Assembly: GCA_045837725.1 (NCBI GenBank)
Contig: JBEWZL010000109.1
Span: 62,001-126,000, forward strand
Direction: 5' to 3'
Length of the DNA stretch: 64,000 nt
Source: Vermamoeba vermiformis
Taxonomy: Eukaryota
Under the pieces are notes generated by a model. The model had not been told where the DNA came from. It did no database searches and worked only from the letters and a program-made list of their open reading frames with translations. This document shows, piece after piece, positions 62,635 to 64,000 of the stretch; position 1 is the first letter of the stretch, and every line of letters starts with the position of its first letter. A program made the translations under genes and the position numbers.

Positions 62635-64000
62635 TTAGAACGGGAATATTTCGGCGTTGAGTGTCTCAGCTTTGTAGCCCTCATCAGTGGCGGGATCATA
62701 CGGCCCGACAACCATTATAGCACACGTGGCGTGATCAGGCTTGCCAGGGAACAGTGCGTTGTCTGACGGCAATCGTTGTGTCGGGTGTTGTTCCATCCAC
62801 TCGCGACTCTTGGCTGTGGCTTCAAAGGCCGAGTTGATGAACTTCTTGGAGAGGTGCATGGGAGTAATGTGATTGGGGTTCTGATTGACGAGCTGTGTGA
62901 GGCACTGTTCCATGTACTTCTGCTTGGCCTTGTCGCGCACATCTGACGGCACTTGTTCCCACTTCTCCTCTTGCAGTCCGATCTCTGTAGGCTTCTTGCC
63001 CATGGTGCACGGGTCAAAGTTGTCGTGCACACCGTCTGTCATGATCAACAACAAGTCACCCTAGTGCATGCACTGTTAGACCGAGCGAATTAATGGTGCC
63101 TGTGCTCTTCCTACCTCCTCGCAGCCCACGAATGAAAATCTCAAATTGCGCAAGTCAGGGTCGTTTTGACCAACTTGCGGACCTGTCCTAGTGTTAGCTT
63201 GAATGAAACACAACTGCGCGTGACTCACCAATGCGACCACCAGGATCTGACGCGTCGTCTGTGCCTCTGTTGCCAGCTGTAATGTCAATCACTGCGCGTG
63301 TTCGCTTCGTGTACAAAAATGCCTTGCAATCACCAATGTTGACGAGTACAATGCCGAAGGGTGTCGGGGCTGCGCAATTCACGAGCGAGTCAGTAAAGTC
63401 CTCTGTTTGACACGTGTCACCTACCTTTATCTAACTGCACAATTACACCGCCGACAAGTGTCGTGGTGCCAATGCGATTGAATCTAAACAGTGCCGTGTT
63501 AGTGAGGGCCATGAGTATTGTCTTATCACGTACTTCTCTCGCGCTGCTCCATCGAGAATCTCTTGATGCGCGACAGCAAGGGCAGTGACAAACACTTGCG
63601 CGCAGTCCTTGACTGTCTTCATGTCTGTCGGACAAAGTGTCGTTAAATTAGTAAAGATGAGAATTGTAATCTTGTTAGAGTGCTAATAATATTTTAAATG
63701 ATAATTTATTGCAATATATTTTTAAGCGCAATTTTTAAAAGATATCGCAACGGATCACCTTCATAAATTTTATTCATTAGTTACCTGAAGTCTTGTTGCT
63801 TAAAAATTGTGTAAATGCATCGCGTGCATGTGCTGCTGCACCTTTAACATGAGTTCCCCATCCACAGCCGTCACAAATGCAGAACAAAGTCGCGTTTGAA
63901 AGCGTGTGAATGCGATAAGAATCGCAAATAGGATCTCCTTCACGTCTACAACTCTCTACATCGAGTGGATACGTCGTCGTTGTACGTCCAAACGCGTGAG
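62635..64000 (-). CDS. PP2C-like domain protein (CG9801-type), 5' end outside the window
   Basis: FAFCDGCGWG, GTTTLVGG, VNIGDCKAF, DASDPGGRIGP, LLIMTDGVHDNFDP, GKPDHAT. Confidence 0.85.

Overview
Gene-dense, intron-rich eukaryotic DNA with short GT-AG introns (mostly 40-120 nt) and intergenic gaps often under 200 nt. Gene content (Sib/integrin-beta-like receptor, MVP-like gene, bacterial-type enzymes with introns) fits a free-living amoebozoan-type protist, but the species cannot be determined from the sequence. About 30 protein genes were reconstructed by hand-splicing. Housekeeping genes include ELP5, STK16, an enoyl-CoA hydratase, TrmB, NUDCD1, TEN1, ZNF622, ZNF207, TOM22, PP2A-C, an NCS-type EF-hand protein, an eIF2a kinase, MGRN1, VPS35L, a myotubularin and a PP2C-like protein. 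Strongest observations: (1) a major-vault-protein paralog keeping only repeats R1-R7, with shoulder and cap replaced by a C-terminal membrane anchor ending KTEL; (2) an 8-exon AlkB(ALKBH2/3)-SRA/YDG fusion with a CXXC-like tail, missed by the ORF track; (3) a ~245-300 nt intergenic hairpin whose loop-proximal mismatches are 13 G-U and 0 A-C, implying selection as a + strand RNA; (4) a nucleotidyltransferase-RNA ligase fusion with an altered KxDG motif; (5) a PA28-like protein lacking the activation loop; (6) an ependymin-vWA-TM-NPxY receptor. All family calls are motif recognition from memory; no searches were run.
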